Positions 40,173-51,178 of a stretch of DNA of 64,000 bases are shown one piece after another. Numbering within the stretch: the first letter of the stretch is position 1; every line of letters begins with the position of its first letter. This DNA comes from Desulfatiglandales bacterium (lineage in GTDB: Bacteria > Desulfobacterota > DSM-4660 > Desulfatiglandales > Desulfatiglandaceae), in the NCBI GenBank assembly GCA_963662465.1, contig OY759599.1, positions 6,016,001 through 6,080,000 of the forward strand, read 5' to 3'. Below the pieces are notes generated by a model, which made no database searches, was not told the DNA's origin, and saw nothing but the letters and a program-made list of their open reading frames with translations. The translations under genes and the position numbers were made by a program.

Positions 40173-41856
40173 ATACCGCCCTGTTTCCGGAAATGGTCAG
40201 GAGTAGTGGCGTTTTTAGGGCTTCCCCTTCGGTATCGAAGCTGAAAGGGCCCGTTACGCCATCAAAAACCGGCAGGTCAACCAGCGCTTGTCGCAAATTG
40301 TTCCGGGTTTGAAGGTTGCTTTGGGTAAGGATTGTTTTTAACAAATGGATGGTGTCGTACCCACTGGCTGCCAGGATGCTCGGTATTACACCAAAGTTAT
40401 TCCTGTAATCATTTACAAAGGCCATGACCTTTGGGTCTTCGGAGTTTGCTGCAAAGCCTGAAGAAAAAACAGCGCCCTGGAGATAGTGGGCCAAATCCAA
40501 CAATTGGGGAGACTGCCAAGGCCTGGTGCCGATCAACCGAACACCCAGAACATCATGAAATGCCAGTTGCGGTGCAATCATGGCGACCCGCGGGTAGATG
40601 TCGGGAATGAAAACCGCATCAAAGTCGATCAGGGGGGGGGCTTCTTCGCCTTCGGTGGTTTTTCCTTTATGGTAAAGTCCCACCATCTTTTTGATTTGAT
40701 CCGCAAAGTCTGTTGTATCCGTGGGATAAGATTCGACTGCCGTGACGCTGCCGCCCATTTCATCCAGTTTATCCCAAAAGAGGTTCATGCAAAATCGTCC
40801 ATAGGCGTTGTCCGGGTATAAAATACCGAACCGCTCCAATCCCCATTGGCCCATGGCCACCTGAAGGAGTGCATTGATTTCCTGTGTTGGGGTGAGGAAA
40901 TTTCGAAATACCATATTCCCCACCTTCACAATATCCCGCTGTTGCGTGAGGGCGATCATTGGAATACCCAGTTCCTGTGCTTTTGCTGCAATGGAAACGG
41001 CTGTTTTGCTGGAAAGAGGGCCGATGACGCCCACGACTTTCTGTTTGTTAACCAATACTTCAAGCGCATCCATCGCTTTTTCCGGACTTCCCCCCGTATC
41101 CTTTATAATTACCTCAATTTTCGTCCCATCAAGGGGAACATTCAGCATTCCCAGTGTTATTCCATTGAGGACTTCTTGACCAAAGACGGCAAAGGGGCCG
41201 CTTAAGGGGAGCAAACAGCCGATGCGGTTTGCGTTGATGGACATCTCTTTTGCTATCTGTGCCGGGATTTCCAGCTTTTCATCCAGTTGCGCTTCCTTTT
41301 CAGGGTCATCTTTCCACGCTTTTTTGGCTTCAATCCACCAGAAAAAAGCCTCCTCCGTTTCTCCCAATGCACAGAAATCATCCCCCAGCAGAACAAGAAT
41401 ATCCTTTTTCAGAAAGTGCTGTTGATACCGGCCAAGCCACCGAAAGGCTTCGTCGGCGGAAGCCTCATATTTCCCCAGCTGATTGAGAATAAGCGAAATT
41501 TGATATCGTATTTCAGGCATCCAGGTATAATTGGGATAGGTCTTTGAAAGCCTTTCGAGGAAACTGAGGGCCTTTTCCGGCTGTTTTAGCTTCAAATGGA
41601 TTTTCGCCATGCGTTGAAGGGCCAGGGGCATTCGGTTGTCCCCGGGGGCGCGTTTTAAAAAAATATGGTAGCTCGCCAACGCTTTTTGAAAATCGCCGCT
41701 TCGCTGGTATTTTTCAGCTATGGCAAAGGGATCCGAACGACTTTCCGGCGCCGTGGGGGGTGCGGGTTTTTTGGGTTGGCAGGCAAATAAAAAAAGGACC
41801 ATCCCTGCCAGTAAAACAGAAACAGCCCTTTTAATTGGAATGGAGCAAACAATCAC
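40162..41856 (-). CDS. LppC/LpoA-like lipoprotein (TPR + periplasmic binding protein fold)
   Basis: Lipobox LFAC, TPRs, [26 protein letters not shown]. Confidence 0.8.
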   Translation of the reverse strand: MIVCSIPIKRAVSVLLAGMVLFLFACQPKKPAPPTAPESRSDPFAIAEKYQRSGDFQKALASYHIFLKRAPGDNRMPLALQRMAKIHLKLKQPEKALSFLERLSKTYPNYTWMPEIRYQISLILNQLGKYEASADEAFRWLGRYQQHFLKKDILVLLGDDFCALGETEEAFFWWIEAKKAWKDDPEKEAQLDEKLEIPAQIAKEMSINANRIGCLLPLSGPFAVFGQEVLNGITLGMLNVPLDGTKIEVIIKDTGGSPEKAMDALEVLVNKQKVVGVIGPLSSKTAVSIAAKAQELGIPMIALTQQRDIVKVGNMVFRNFLTPTQEINALLQVAMGQWGLERFGILYPDNAYGRFCMNLFWDKLDEMGGSVTAVESYPTDTTDFADQIKKMVGLYHKGKTTEGEEAPPLIDFDAVFIPDIYPRVAMIAPQLAFHDVLGVRLIGTRPWQSPQLLDLAHYLQGAVFSSGFAANSEDPKVMAFVNDYRNNFGVIPSILAASGYDTIHLLKTILTQSNLQTRNNLRQALVDLPVFDGVTGPFSFDTEGEALKTPLLLTISGNRAVSIH

Positions 41857-43763
41857 TTCTTCACTTCCTCAAAATCAGCATCCACCACATCATCATCCTT
41901 GGCGGCGCCTGCATCGGAATCCGGTCCCGGACCCGGCTGCCCCTGCGCTTGTTCCTGGTTCGCGTTGGCATAAATGGCTTCCGCCAGTTTGTGGGAGGCG
42001 TTGGTCAATTCTTCAGTGAGTTTTTTGATTTCTTCCGTATTTTCCCCTTCCAGGGATTTTTTCAGTTTTTCGATGGCTTGATCAATATTTGACTTAATGG
42101 CGTTATCCAGTTTGTCGCCGACTTCCTTGACTGATTTTTCGGTGCTATAGATCAGGGAATCAGCCATATTTCGTGCATCAATGAGTTCACGTTTTTTCTT
42201 ATCTTCTTCCGCGTGCAGTTCGGCGTCTTTTACGAGGTTTTTGATCTCTTCTTCGCTCAAGCCGCTGGACGCGGTAATTTTGATGGATTGTTCTTTACCC
42301 GTTCCGAGATCCTTTGCGGAAACACTAACGATGCCGTTGGCATCGATATCAAAGGTTACCTCAATCTGGGGAACGCCTCTGGGAGCGGGAGGGATTCCCA
42401 CCAGTTGAAAACGTCCCAGGGTTTTGTTATAGCCGGCCATTTCCCGCTCTCCCTGAAGGACATGAATTTCAACCGCAGGCTGGCTGTCGGCCGCCGTGGA
42501 AAACGTCTGACTCTTTTTGGTGGGAATCGTTGTGTTTTTTTCGATCAGCTTGGTGAATACGCCGCCAAGGGTTTCGATTCCCAGGGACAGCGGCGTGACG
42601 TCGAGAAGAAGAACGTCTTTGACTTCCCCCTTCAACACCCCGCCTTGAATGGCTGCACCTACCGCCACTACCTCATCGGGGTTGACGCCCTTGTTGGGTT
42701 CCCTGCCGAAAATTTCGGCTACCTTTGCCTGAACCTTGGGCATTCGGGTCATGCCGCCCACCAGGATAACGTCATCAATTTCGCTGGCGGAAAGTCCGGC
42801 ATCTTTCATAGCCATCTGACAAGGCGCCACTACTTTCTGAACGAGATCGTCCACCAACCCTTCCAGTTTGGCACGGGTCAGTTTGATGTTCAGGTGTTTA
42901 GGACCGCCGGCATCCGCGGTAATGAAGGGAAGGTTGACATCGGTTTCCATGGAGCCGGAGAGTTCCGTTTTGGCTTTTTCAGCGCCTTCTTTCAATCTCT
43001 GAAGGGCCATTTTGTCACTCCGCAGATCAATGCCCTGATCCTTTCTAAATTCATCGGCCAAGTAATCAATAATCCTCAAATCAAAATCTTCACCCCCCAG
43101 ATGGGTGTCGCCATTGGTGGATTTGACTTCGAAAACCCCTTCCCCGATTTCCAGAACAGAGATGTCAAAGGTACCGCCGCCCAGATCAAAAACCGCAATC
43201 TTTCGATCGCCCTTTTTATCCACGCCAAAGGCTAGAGAGGCTGCTGTGGGCTCATTGATGATTCTCTCAACATTCAGACCCGCAATGCGTCCGGCGTCTT
43301 TTGTGGCCTGCCGCTGGCTGTCATTAAAATAGGCGGGAACCGTAATGACCGCGTCCGTGACGGTTTCTCCCAGATAACTTTCAGCGGTCTCTTTCATTTT
43401 TTTAAGGATAATGGCGGATATTTCAGCGGGGCTGTAATCTTTTCCCCTGATGTTCACATGGGCGTCACCGTTGGGCGCCTTACTGATGTTGTAAGGGAGA
43501 ACTTTGATGTCCCTGCTGACCTCCGGTGAGTCAAATTTTCTACCAATCAGCCGTTTAACCGCAAAAACCGTGTTTTCCGGGTTGGTTACGGCCTGCCGTT
43601 TGGCGGTCTGCCCAACCAGTCGTTCTCCGCCTTCCGTAAAGCCCACAATAGAAGGCGTTGTCCGGCTTCCTTCAGCATTGGCGATCACAACGGGATCTCC
43701 GCCTTCCATCACGGCTACGCACGAGTTGGTTGTCCCGAGATCAATTCCTATCGTTTTTCCCAT
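41853..43763 (-). CDS. dnaK: Chaperone DnaK (housekeeping)
   Basis: Canonical DnaK including [16 protein letters not shown] linker and [11 protein letters not shown] tail. Confidence 0.98.
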   Translation of the reverse strand: MGKTIGIDLGTTNSCVAVMEGGDPVVIANAEGSRTTPSIVGFTEGGERLVGQTAKRQAVTNPENTVFAVKRLIGRKFDSPEVSRDIKVLPYNISKAPNGDAHVNIRGKDYSPAEISAIILKKMKETAESYLGETVTDAVITVPAYFNDSQRQATKDAGRIAGLNVERIINEPTAASLAFGVDKKGDRKIAVFDLGGGTFDISVLEIGEGVFEVKSTNGDTHLGGEDFDLRIIDYLADEFRKDQGIDLRSDKMALQRLKEGAEKAKTELSGSMETDVNLPFITADAGGPKHLNIKLTRAKLEGLVDDLVQKVVAPCQMAMKDAGLSASEIDDVILVGGMTRMPKVQAKVAEIFGREPNKGVNPDEVVAVGAAIQGGVLKGEVKDVLLLDVTPLSLGIETLGGVFTKLIEKNTTIPTKKSQTFSTAADSQPAVEIHVLQGEREMAGYNKTLGRFQLVGIPPAPRGVPQIEVTFDIDANGIVSVSAKDLGTGKEQSIKITASSGLSEEEIKNLVKDAELHAEEDKKKRELIDARNMADSLIYSTEKSVKEVGDKLDNAIKSNIDQAIEKLKKSLEGENTEEIKKLTEELTNASHKLAEAIYANANQEQAQGQPGPGPDSDAGAAKDDDVVDADFEEVKK

Positions 43764-43774
43764 TTACCTGCCTC

Positions 43775-44386
43775 CTAAGTATTTTTTATCTTATTAACAA
43801 CGACCATGGCTGGTCTGATAAGTCTCTGGTTCAACAAATATCCTTTTTGAAGTTCCATGAGCACTGCTCCGGGAGCTGCTTTGTCATTTTCCTGTTCAGA
43901 AACAGCTTCGTGGAAATTGGGATCAAAGGGCTCGCCGACGGCTTTTACCGCTTCCACACCGGCTTTTTCCAGGACGTTCATCAGTCCTTTCAGCGTAAGA
44001 TCGACCCCTTCCCGTAAAGCGTCGAAGGCGGCTTTGTCTTCAGCGTGGGCAAGGGCTTTTTCCAGGTTGTCCGCAACGGGAAGCAGTTGTTTGGTAAGGA
44101 TTTCGTTTCCGTACTTGATCAATTCCTGCTTGTCTTTCTGGAACCGTTTTTTCATGTTTTCCATTTCCGCCTGTGAACGGAGATAGCTGTCCAGATTATG
44201 ATCCGCCGATGCCTGCACTTCCGATATTTTTTCAATCAACTGGTCTTTTGTCATGTCCGATAAAGAGATTTGTTTGTCTTGTTCATTTTGAAATTCGTCT
44301 CCCGGGGTCAAATCCCCTTCCCCAATGACTTCTTCCGGTAAATCATCCGTTGTTGATTTTTCTTCCATGACATCAATCCTGGCCAC
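43775..44386 (-). CDS. grpE: Nucleotide exchange factor GrpE
   Basis: AEMEN..KR, LLPVADNLE, FDPNFHEA, KGY....IRPAMV. Confidence 0.96.
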   Translation of the reverse strand: MARIDVMEEKSTTDDLPEEVIGEGDLTPGDEFQNEQDKQISLSDMTKDQLIEKISEVQASADHNLDSYLRSQAEMENMKKRFQKDKQELIKYGNEILTKQLLPVADNLEKALAHAEDKAAFDALREGVDLTLKGLMNVLEKAGVEAVKAVGEPFDPNFHEAVSEQENDKAAPGAVLMELQKGYLLNQRLIRPAMVVVNKIKNT

Positions 44387-44632
44387 ATTTCACTCCTGCA
44401 AATAACATAAAACGGGGTTGTCTTTCATTTCGTACATAGGCGTTACGTTAAGCATCGGAAAAAGCTTTGTCAAGCGGCACTTTTTGAACTTTTCCCAGGA
44501 TAAAAAGGGTCTGTTTTTAATGAAAAAAATGGTTGAAAAATGGCTGTTGACAACAAAGAGAAAACGATCGCATGTCTAAAATCATATTAAGGCGTCCCGC
44601 AGCTATGCCCGAGATAATTTTTAAACAGGCGC

Positions 44633-45259
44633 TTATTGGCCGCTGGGGAAATTGGCCATGATCCTTTTAAGATCTTTCAGCAGGAGCGGCGCATTTTCCC
44701 GAGTAAGGCGATGGGTTTCGTCATTTGTTTTTCCGGTGGGTTTGATGAAAAGACCATCGGCGCCGGCTTTAAACATGGCGACCGCGTCACTGATCAGCGA
44801 TTTTCGGGTATAAAAAACCGCCGGTATTTCAGGGTAATACTTTCGTGTTTGTTCCAGGTTTGAGAGACCATACTTCCGGTTTTGTCCGATTTTATTGCAA
44901 ACGCCTTCAAAGAGGGATCGCCAGCTGTCCACGATGGAAAAAAATCGCTTCAGATATTCATTGTTTACATCGCCGGCGATGTTGTCCAAGCCGGCATAGA
45001 CATCCTCCAAACATGGGAAATCGGCAATTTTTTTCTGAACCTCTTTCATGGGGGTTATCCGGGGGCTTGTTACGGTTTCATCCTGCCCCCAGAGATCCAG
45101 GAGAAATAGCGCCGGTACAGCGTTTTTCAATAGCGTTTTGGCTTCGTCAAAAGTGTATGCTTGAACAAACTGAAAATCCGGCGCACAGGGTGCGATTTCA
45201 TGCTTAACCAGGTCATGCTCGAAATTGGAATCATCAATAAAACAAATAATCGGTTTCAT
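44633..45259 (-). CDS. Stand-alone receiver-domain-like protein with internal insertion
   Basis: ICFIDDS, LFLLDL, VFYT, AGADG..IKP receiver motifs separated by a long insert. Confidence 0.55.
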   Translation of the reverse strand: MKPIICFIDDSNFEHDLVKHEIAPCAPDFQFVQAYTFDEAKTLLKNAVPALFLLDLWGQDETVTSPRITPMKEVQKKIADFPCLEDVYAGLDNIAGDVNNEYLKRFFSIVDSWRSLFEGVCNKIGQNRKYGLSNLEQTRKYYPEIPAVFYTRKSLISDAVAMFKAGADGLFIKPTGKTNDETHRLTRENAPLLLKDLKRIMANFPSGQ

Positions 45260-45357
45260 AGCTTTCCTCTAAAAATTTATTTAATGAGTGTAGAAGAGTT
45301 GTTGACAGATTTTATTGCAATTGTCAATTGAGGGTGTGCCTGGACAGCAATTCTCAT

Positions 45358-45540
45358 AAAGAGGTTGACGCCGGGGATGGAGCAGCCGAGTCTCCCGTCA
45401 ATCATGGAAGAGGTGCCCCCGGTGACACGACCGATGACGTTTTGCACCGAATTAGGACCTATGAAGGTGCCGCTTTCCCCGGTATTGATGTTGAAGGACT
45501 GGAAGCTGTGAAAGAGATTACTCCCCGCCTGGGACCCCAT
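45358..45540 (-). pseudogene. Fragment of filamentous haemagglutinin N-terminal (TPS) domain
   Basis: GSNLFHSFQSFNI..GE..F.GP.SVQNVIGRVTGG..S.IDG.L....NLF; truncated at both ends. Confidence 0.75.
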
Positions 45541-45646
45541 TTTGGTGTCCTTTCAGCAAGCATGCACAGATGAAAAATAATTTTATTTTTTTTGAGGGTG
45601 ATGCCATGCCGTGGTAAGCACGGCATCTATGCTTTAAGATGATTTA

Positions 45647-45871
45647 TTAATTTTGAGAGGGTATTAACTGCCTGAAATTCCAGGGCAGCCATTTTTCAGG
45701 ATTTGCCGCAACTGCGGATGCGTTTTTCTGAAGGGCCACCAGATAGTCGAAAGGATTTTTGTGGGCCAGGTTGCAGGTTTGGATAAGGCTCATGAGCATG
45801 TCGCCTACATCCGCTCCGTTCTGCGTTTTGTAAAGCAGGGAGTTTTTTCTGTGAATAATGGATTTTTTCAA
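45647..45871 (-). pseudogene. IS66-family transposase C-terminal remnant
   Basis: LKKSIIHRKNSLLYKT..GA.VGD.LMSLI.TC....NPFDYL..L...WLPW. Confidence 0.75.
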
Positions 45872-46587
45872 CAGGCTGCTGACAGCTTCGCGGTAAAATG
45901 GATATCTGCGCCAATCAAGGGCTCGGACGGCCTCTGGCGCGAAGCCTGATAGGTTTACCATTTCTATGTAAGCCCATCTTATTAACAGCAGCAATCAATT
46001 TGTGCATGGTTACGATATTCGTTTTTGAGAGCCCCTTCATATTTGCCAAGTATATCACTTCCAAAGGGCTTTCATACAATCCACCACTCCTTTCAAAAAA
46101 GAGTCGAATAAAGCTGTCAAGGTTCATGCTAACCTCGCCGCTCATTAGCACCAGTATAAGCGAAAAGAATTCTATCAGTTTGTTCTCCAATAGAAGCGTT
46201 CTCAGCGTCATGATGCTCTGTTTTCGGAAATCGCGATCGTGTCGCGTACCGGCAGGGCCAAGCTTTTCGATACCTTCTTTGATGGCCTCTTTTTGGGTTT
46301 CGATCTTGGCGTACTCGGCTTTTAGTACCGCTAAGCGGTTATTTCGTTGATCGAGTCGCGTCCCATGGTCTTTCTCTTTTGACTCTTCTACCTTCTTTTC
46401 TTGCTCCTTAATTTTTTCTTCTTTCCTGAACGCTTTCCTTTCTGCTTTCTGCAACTGTTCTTGTTTCTCGTCAACTTTACGCTGGTGGTGACGATCTACA
46501 CACTCAATTTTTTTCGTCCCGTAGTTGACGTCCAAGGCGCCATGCTCTTTCATCCTTCTGAAGTTGTTCTCTTGCTTTTCGGTTCGC
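45872..46587 (-). pseudogene. C-terminal remnant of a DDE transposase with a candidate element end (CAGGCTGCTGA at 45872)
   Basis: Frame reads QRTEKQENNFRRMKEHGALD..., an RxxxxENxF DDE-like motif, cut by the IS21 end at about 46588. Confidence 0.55.
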
Positions 46588-46850
46588 TGCTTGGGCGCTA
46601 ACCAAAATGGAACCAGTTTTGCTACTCCAAACGGAACCAGATATTGCGCACTGGTCTTTTCCTTTTAGAAGGGTTTTCTTGTAAATTTGTTAGAGGTTGC
46701 ATGAAAGAGTATATCAGATGGTATTTTAAAAATGCTGGTGAGACACGTAGCGTTCTGGTTGAAGAATCAGTGATGAGGATACCATCAATATGGTGATGGC
46801 AGAGAAGAGGGGATTAGATTTTTCGGTTAAGGGCAATGCTTATTGAGGAA

Positions 46851-47048
46851 CTATTTGTCTATGTCATAGTCGTCCGGTAAATTCAGGAGGCCTCCCTTCG
46901 CCAATTGATCCTCAATCAAATATCCAATTTCCCCGTTTTTTTTCAGCTGTAGAATCATCCATTTGGGGAGACGAATGGTGAGCAGTTCACGTCTCAAATG
47001 TTCCGGTTTCTTTCTTCGGCCGGCGCCTACCCGTTTTCCACCTCTCAT
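46851..47048 (-). CDS. Small basic putative DNA-binding protein (RGGxRxGAGR + RHH-like)
   Basis: MRGGKRVGAGRRKK...LLTIRLPKWM. Confidence 0.5.
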   Translation of the reverse strand: MRGGKRVGAGRRKKPEHLRRELLTIRLPKWMILQLKKNGEIGYLIEDQLAKGGLLNLPDDYDIDK

Positions 47049-47146
47049 TTCAAGCTCCAAGACAAGGTAATTTCTGATATTCGTGTAACGAGATTCAAAC
47101 AGACCGGTGATATTCAGACCTCAAAACCGGCCCTTTGGCGAACATC

Positions 47147-47980
47147 TCATTTTCTGAGGGAAGGACCATCAATATGAATGTTGATGCAGCGATGGTTGAG
47201 ACGATCCAGCAAGGCATCGACCATGTCCTTTGGTTCAAGCAGCGAATACCATTGTTCAGGTTGAAGATTGGTCGTAATAATTGTGGACCGACCGGCTTCA
47301 TAGCGATCTTTCATGAGTTTAAAAAAGGCGTTCATCTGCTCTTTTTTGAGGGTCAGGTATCCCAGTTCATCGAGCAGAAGCAGGTCATATCTGCAAAGGG
47401 CATTGAGGAGTTTCGGGGTGGACCGATCTGCCAAAGACGCATAGAGCTGATCCAGCAAATCCTGAACATTATAAAAACGCCCCCGGTACCCGGCAATAAT
47501 GGCTTGACGAAGGATCCCCACGGCCAATCCCGTTTTGCCGACGCCGGTTTTTCCATGGAACACGATGTTTTCTCTTCGGCTGATAAAGTCAAGGCCGGAC
47601 AACGTCATGATCAGGGCAAATTTGTTCTATTTGTAAACCTTTGATATCAAAACCTTATGAAGGACACATCAATTCAAACAAATCAATGGATTAGCGTTAG
47701 AACAAATTCACCGTGACGTCATGATCCGGCTCTTCTGTATTCCCGGCTGAAGATCAAACGGAAAGGAGTTGAGGGTCCATTCCCATGGAAGCTTTGCAAT
47801 CTGGACCCGATAGATCATGCTGCGCTCCTGCCGGAAACGTAATTCCTCAGCCAGGAGATTGTAGATGACCTCGTGAATGGAAAAACCGTTCTTTTCAGCC
47901 GAAGCCAACTGTTCTTCGAGAGCCTTCAGCATGCCTTTAAACTTCAAATCAATGAGTAACTGTTCAATTTTCTTTTTCAT
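47147..47980 (-). pseudogene. istB: IstB ATPase interrupted by a MITE
   Basis: Walker A GKTGVGKT, LLLLDELGYL, IITTN, LLDRL; two in-frame halves join as SRIMT/LSGLDF when the insert and one TSD copy are removed. Confidence 0.9.
47612..47715. mobile_element. 104-bp MITE of ISAs1 type
   Basis: TIRs CAGGGCAAATTTGTTCTA / CACGGTGAATTTGTTCTA; 10-bp TSD ACGTCATGAT at 47602-47611 and 47716-47725. Confidence 0.9.
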
Positions 47981-49359
47981 AGATCAAAAAAGTCTCCCGC
48001 GATATAATCGAGAATAATGTTTTCCAGACGCGACAAATCAAAAAGTCCATATTTAAGCGCCTGTGTTATGGCTTTCAAAAAAGGTTCCCCGGGATAAGTG
48101 CGTTTCAGATGAAGCAACCGACGTAACTTGACCACACCGCGACCGTGACTTCTTTTCTTCAGTTCAGCCACATACTCATCCAGGATGGCATCCTCTCCCG
48201 TCAACAGCTGTTCTTCTTTTGAAGGGATTCGGGGATCTTTTTTTCTTCGAATGGGAACATGGTGACCGGGCAGGGTTGTTCGGGTGTTGCGTTTATCCAG
48301 TATGCGGTCATGTTCCGCCACTTTTGTGTTTTTGTCGTAAACGATGACCTTGAGCCAATGTTTCTGTACTTCCAGGGAGTTCCCAATCAGCGCTTCAGGG
48401 ACTGAATAGCGGTTGGTGTCCAAGTGCACATATCCCTGAACATCGGCTACCCTGTGTTCTGCCACATAGACTGGCGGCTGGTATGCCGGTAAATCAATGA
48501 GATATGGCTTTTCAATGACATAGGCCTCATCCGGCGTCATCCCTAAAGCCCGTTTAAACTTTTTATCGCTTGTATTCCGGCACCAGTCGATTGCCTGCCG
48601 GTTCAAATCCTGCCAGCTAACAAATGTTCTACCGGGAAGAAAATTGTTTTCCACAAAATGAAAAGGCCTTTCCACACGGGCACTTCGATTGGCGTCTCCT
48701 ACAGCATGGGCCTCAAACCGGGTTCCATACATATCGCCGAAGTATTTCATTTCAGGCGCAATCAATGCATCAGGCCCGGTGCCGCCGGCCACAATAACAT
48801 TGGTGTTGTCAACCATGCACCGGGAACACACCCCGTCCATAAACTCGAATGCTTTTTTTAGGAAAACCTTGCACTCAAACCGGGTAAAACAGGGGTAATA
48901 CTGAATAAAAATCCTTCGGCAAAAGGCCAGGGTCAGGGACGCGCACTGGGTCGACATTTTTTTCCCATTAATGACAACCAGATGGGGTGACGTATCATGC
49001 TGCATCTCCTGACCGGGTTTAAAATGGTATTGGCCCGCCCGTCTTTTTTTACGTTCCCGGATCTCGTACTTTCTCATAATCCAGGTCAGACTCTGATAAG
49101 GGATTTTGATCTGTTGGCGGCTTTCCAGTTCCTCGGCTACTCGCACGGCATTTCCTTTACATTCCTTGAAAAGCTCGCGGATCAACGGGACATGTTCTTC
49201 ATACCGGGAGTTCCTTTGGGGTACCGCCTCTTCGTCATGATCATCTAAAACCTTCGTGACGGTATTGCGACCGGCCTTCAGGGTTTTGGCGATGTCGCGC
49301 AAACTCATGCCGGTTTTTTTCAATTCCACAATGGCATCTTTTTTGGATTGTCGGATCAT
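47977..49359 (-). CDS. istA: IS21 transposase IstA
   Basis: N-terminal HTH, PGQEMQHD, VDN, ARVER.F, V.LDTNRYSVP. Confidence 0.9.
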   Translation of the reverse strand: MIRQSKKDAIVELKKTGMSLRDIAKTLKAGRNTVTKVLDDHDEEAVPQRNSRYEEHVPLIRELFKECKGNAVRVAEELESRQQIKIPYQSLTWIMRKYEIRERKKRRAGQYHFKPGQEMQHDTSPHLVVINGKKMSTQCASLTLAFCRRIFIQYYPCFTRFECKVFLKKAFEFMDGVCSRCMVDNTNVIVAGGTGPDALIAPEMKYFGDMYGTRFEAHAVGDANRSARVERPFHFVENNFLPGRTFVSWQDLNRQAIDWCRNTSDKKFKRALGMTPDEAYVIEKPYLIDLPAYQPPVYVAEHRVADVQGYVHLDTNRYSVPEALIGNSLEVQKHWLKVIVYDKNTKVAEHDRILDKRNTRTTLPGHHVPIRRKKDPRIPSKEEQLLTGEDAILDEYVAELKKRSHGRGVVKLRRLLHLKRTYPGEPFLKAITQALKYGLFDLSRLENIILDYIAGDFFDL

Positions 49360-50240
49360 AATTGGGTCGCTTTCTTGAGTTCCAGTGCTTGTTTTTCTAT
49401 CTTTTTCACCCAGGTTTTGAGCGTTTGTTTCTTCAACTGATCGCTTTTTGGGTAATGGACATGCGAAACGGTTTTCACCAGACGTTTGAGAACCGCATAT
49501 GCCATTTCAATATCCTTGAACCATTTGCCTTCCGGTCCATCATGAACTTCTTTGGCTTGTTTAGACTGGGTTCTTTGTTCGAGAACTTTTATGAAAAGGG
49601 ATGGATTTTCCAGCATGTGGTCTCGAACAGACCGGTTGCTTTTCTGGTAATGTGCGTAGAAACGGGCCAGTTCCCTTGTGGATAGAGGTTCTTTTTCCAG
49701 GTGGGCCAACAGTTTTTGTGCGTCTTCACCGTTGGCGCGCGCCAACGGCGCCATGACACGGCTGGCAGCCCAGGTTGAAAGTGAGCCTGCAATCACGGTT
49801 CTCAAAATATTTTCCGGCAGGGCTTCAACCAGGTCCAGCCGCCGTTTTACAAAACTCTTGTCGCGCCCTATTCGGGTTGCAATATGGGAGAGGCTGCACC
49901 CAAAACGCCGATGTAATTCCTGAAGTAAAACAGACTGCTCAATGACTTCCCATTGCCGTTCATTGGCCTTGGTTAAAAGCGAAAACATGGCATTTTGTTC
50001 GTTTTCTTTTGAGAATTGGACACATATCCGGTCCTTTCCACAAGCACAAAGCGCTCGAACACGCAGGTAGCCATCAATCAGAATCAGTTTGTCTTTTTCT
50101 TCAATAGCCAGGGCCGGAACGATCTGCCCGTAAGTTTCGATGGAATCCCTCAATCGCTTTAAAGCCTGGTGATTCATTATCCGGCAATGAGCGTAACGCA
50201 ACTCCAGCAAATGAATATCAACGGTTCGGATGGATTCCAT
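49356..50240 (-). CDS. ParB-like N-terminal domain + HTH protein
   Basis: LRDSIETYGQIVP, LIDGYLRVRAL (GxxRxxA), SLSHIATRIGRDKSFVKRRL. Confidence 0.8.
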   Translation of the reverse strand: MESIRTVDIHLLELRYAHCRIMNHQALKRLRDSIETYGQIVPALAIEEKDKLILIDGYLRVRALCACGKDRICVQFSKENEQNAMFSLLTKANERQWEVIEQSVLLQELHRRFGCSLSHIATRIGRDKSFVKRRLDLVEALPENILRTVIAGSLSTWAASRVMAPLARANGEDAQKLLAHLEKEPLSTRELARFYAHYQKSNRSVRDHMLENPSLFIKVLEQRTQSKQAKEVHDGPEGKWFKDIEMAYAVLKRLVKTVSHVHYPKSDQLKKQTLKTWVKKIEKQALELKKATQL

Positions 50241-50637
50241 ACCCAGTCTCCCGAAAGATTTCCTCTATGGTTTCTCCAAGACTGACCCAATTTCCTTGCC
50301 GGATCTCCTTTACCTGTTTCACAATCACAGGACGTCTGGGAAGCGAAAGAACCTGAAACAGACGGCCATCAAACCCAATCAGATCCTTGTCCAACAAGCC
50401 ATCGCGGGCATCGATATATTGATCCAAATGCACCTTTAAAATCCGGCAGATTCTGTCGTAACCATAATAAGAGAGCCCGTTTTTGTCAGATACCAACACC
50501 AGAAAAATGTAGAGCAGCAGCTCATGATGATTCAGGCTCTCCCAAAAGCCGTTTCTCAAAAAACGATGCTCCAGAAAGCCGAAGCTTCCATTGATGACAC
50601 GCACTCTTTCGGGAAAAAGGACTCTTTTTTTGATCAT
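50218..50637 (-). CDS. Winged-HTH protein resembling replication-initiator N-termini
   Basis: LNHHELLLYIFLVLVSDKNGLSYYGYDRICRIL...ARDGL..KDLI; AGGAG RBS. Confidence 0.55.
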   Translation of the reverse strand: MIKKRVLFPERVRVINGSFGFLEHRFLRNGFWESLNHHELLLYIFLVLVSDKNGLSYYGYDRICRILKVHLDQYIDARDGLLDKDLIGFDGRLFQVLSLPRRPVIVKQVKEIRQGNWVSLGETIEEIFRETGYGIHPNR

Positions 50638-50649
50638 TTTTTTCTCCTG

Positions 50650-51093
50650 TCATGGATATGGGGTTTTCTCAAAGCCTGTTACATCTGAAAAAACCCTCCC
50701 TGCATAAGCACGGCGAGGAAAATGGTCCACAACAACCCCGATCGACCCGCAAAAAAGACAGCTGGGTCGGTTCCCCGACCGCTTTTTGGGTTCAATATCA
50801 CAGTCTTTTTGAGGTGTTGAACTATCATCACCAGGGTTCAGTCCATTTTTTTTGGATTTTTTTGTTTTTTCGTACAAACGACGGCGCTCTTTCCCTTTTT
50901 TCGAATTGCGGTATTTCCCCTGAGCTTTCCGGTGCAGCTGTCTTTGGCGTATCCTGCGACATCGTTCCCCACAATAGGCCTGGCCACGCCAACACGACCG
51001 ACAAACGTGAAAAAAGCAACCACAACATCGGCATTGAACCACTCTTAAAAGGACATCTCCCATCATTCCGGCCTTGCAATTGGCCGGAAACAC
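50650..51093 (-). CDS. Cys-rich basic protein (putative Zn finger)
   Basis: CRCC..F.VCRSCWRGQAYCGERC, basic helix, C-terminal CLFCG; start uncertain. Confidence 0.55.
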   Translation of the reverse strand: MFPANCKAGMMGDVLLRVVQCRCCGCFFHVCRSCWRGQAYCGERCRRIRQRQLHRKAQGKYRNSKKGKERRRLYEKTKKSKKNGLNPGDDSSTPQKDCDIEPKKRSGNRPSCLFCGSIGVVVDHFPRRAYAGRVFSDVTGFEKTPYP

Positions 51094-51142
51094 ACTTATA
51101 TAAAATTGGCGTGTGTGTGGCTTCCGGCTCTATCCGGTGGTC

Positions 51143-51178
51143 AAAAAAGAAGGCCCGAAGCGGCTACTTCGGGCCTTC
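51143..51178 (-). terminator. Intrinsic terminator in the leader of the IS21 operon
   Basis: GAAGGCCCGAAG-TAGCCG-CTTCGGGCCTTC-TTTTTT on the minus strand. Confidence 0.7.

Noticed and set aside
44387..44632. CIRCE or sigma32 element upstream of grpE-dnaK
   Set aside because: No TTAGCACTC-N9-GAGTGCTAA and no convincing CTTGAA/CCCCAT pair seen
45345..45357. CAGCAATTCTCAT as the left TIR partner of GCGGGAATTGCTG at 52261 (a 6.9-kb composite element)
   Set aside because: Only a 9-bp exact match, no TSD, and it is directly followed by haemagglutinin-fragment sequence; cannot be supported
45647..45994. 115-aa ORF as an intact gene
   Set aside because: Chimera of another element's end fused in frame to an IS66 transposase tail
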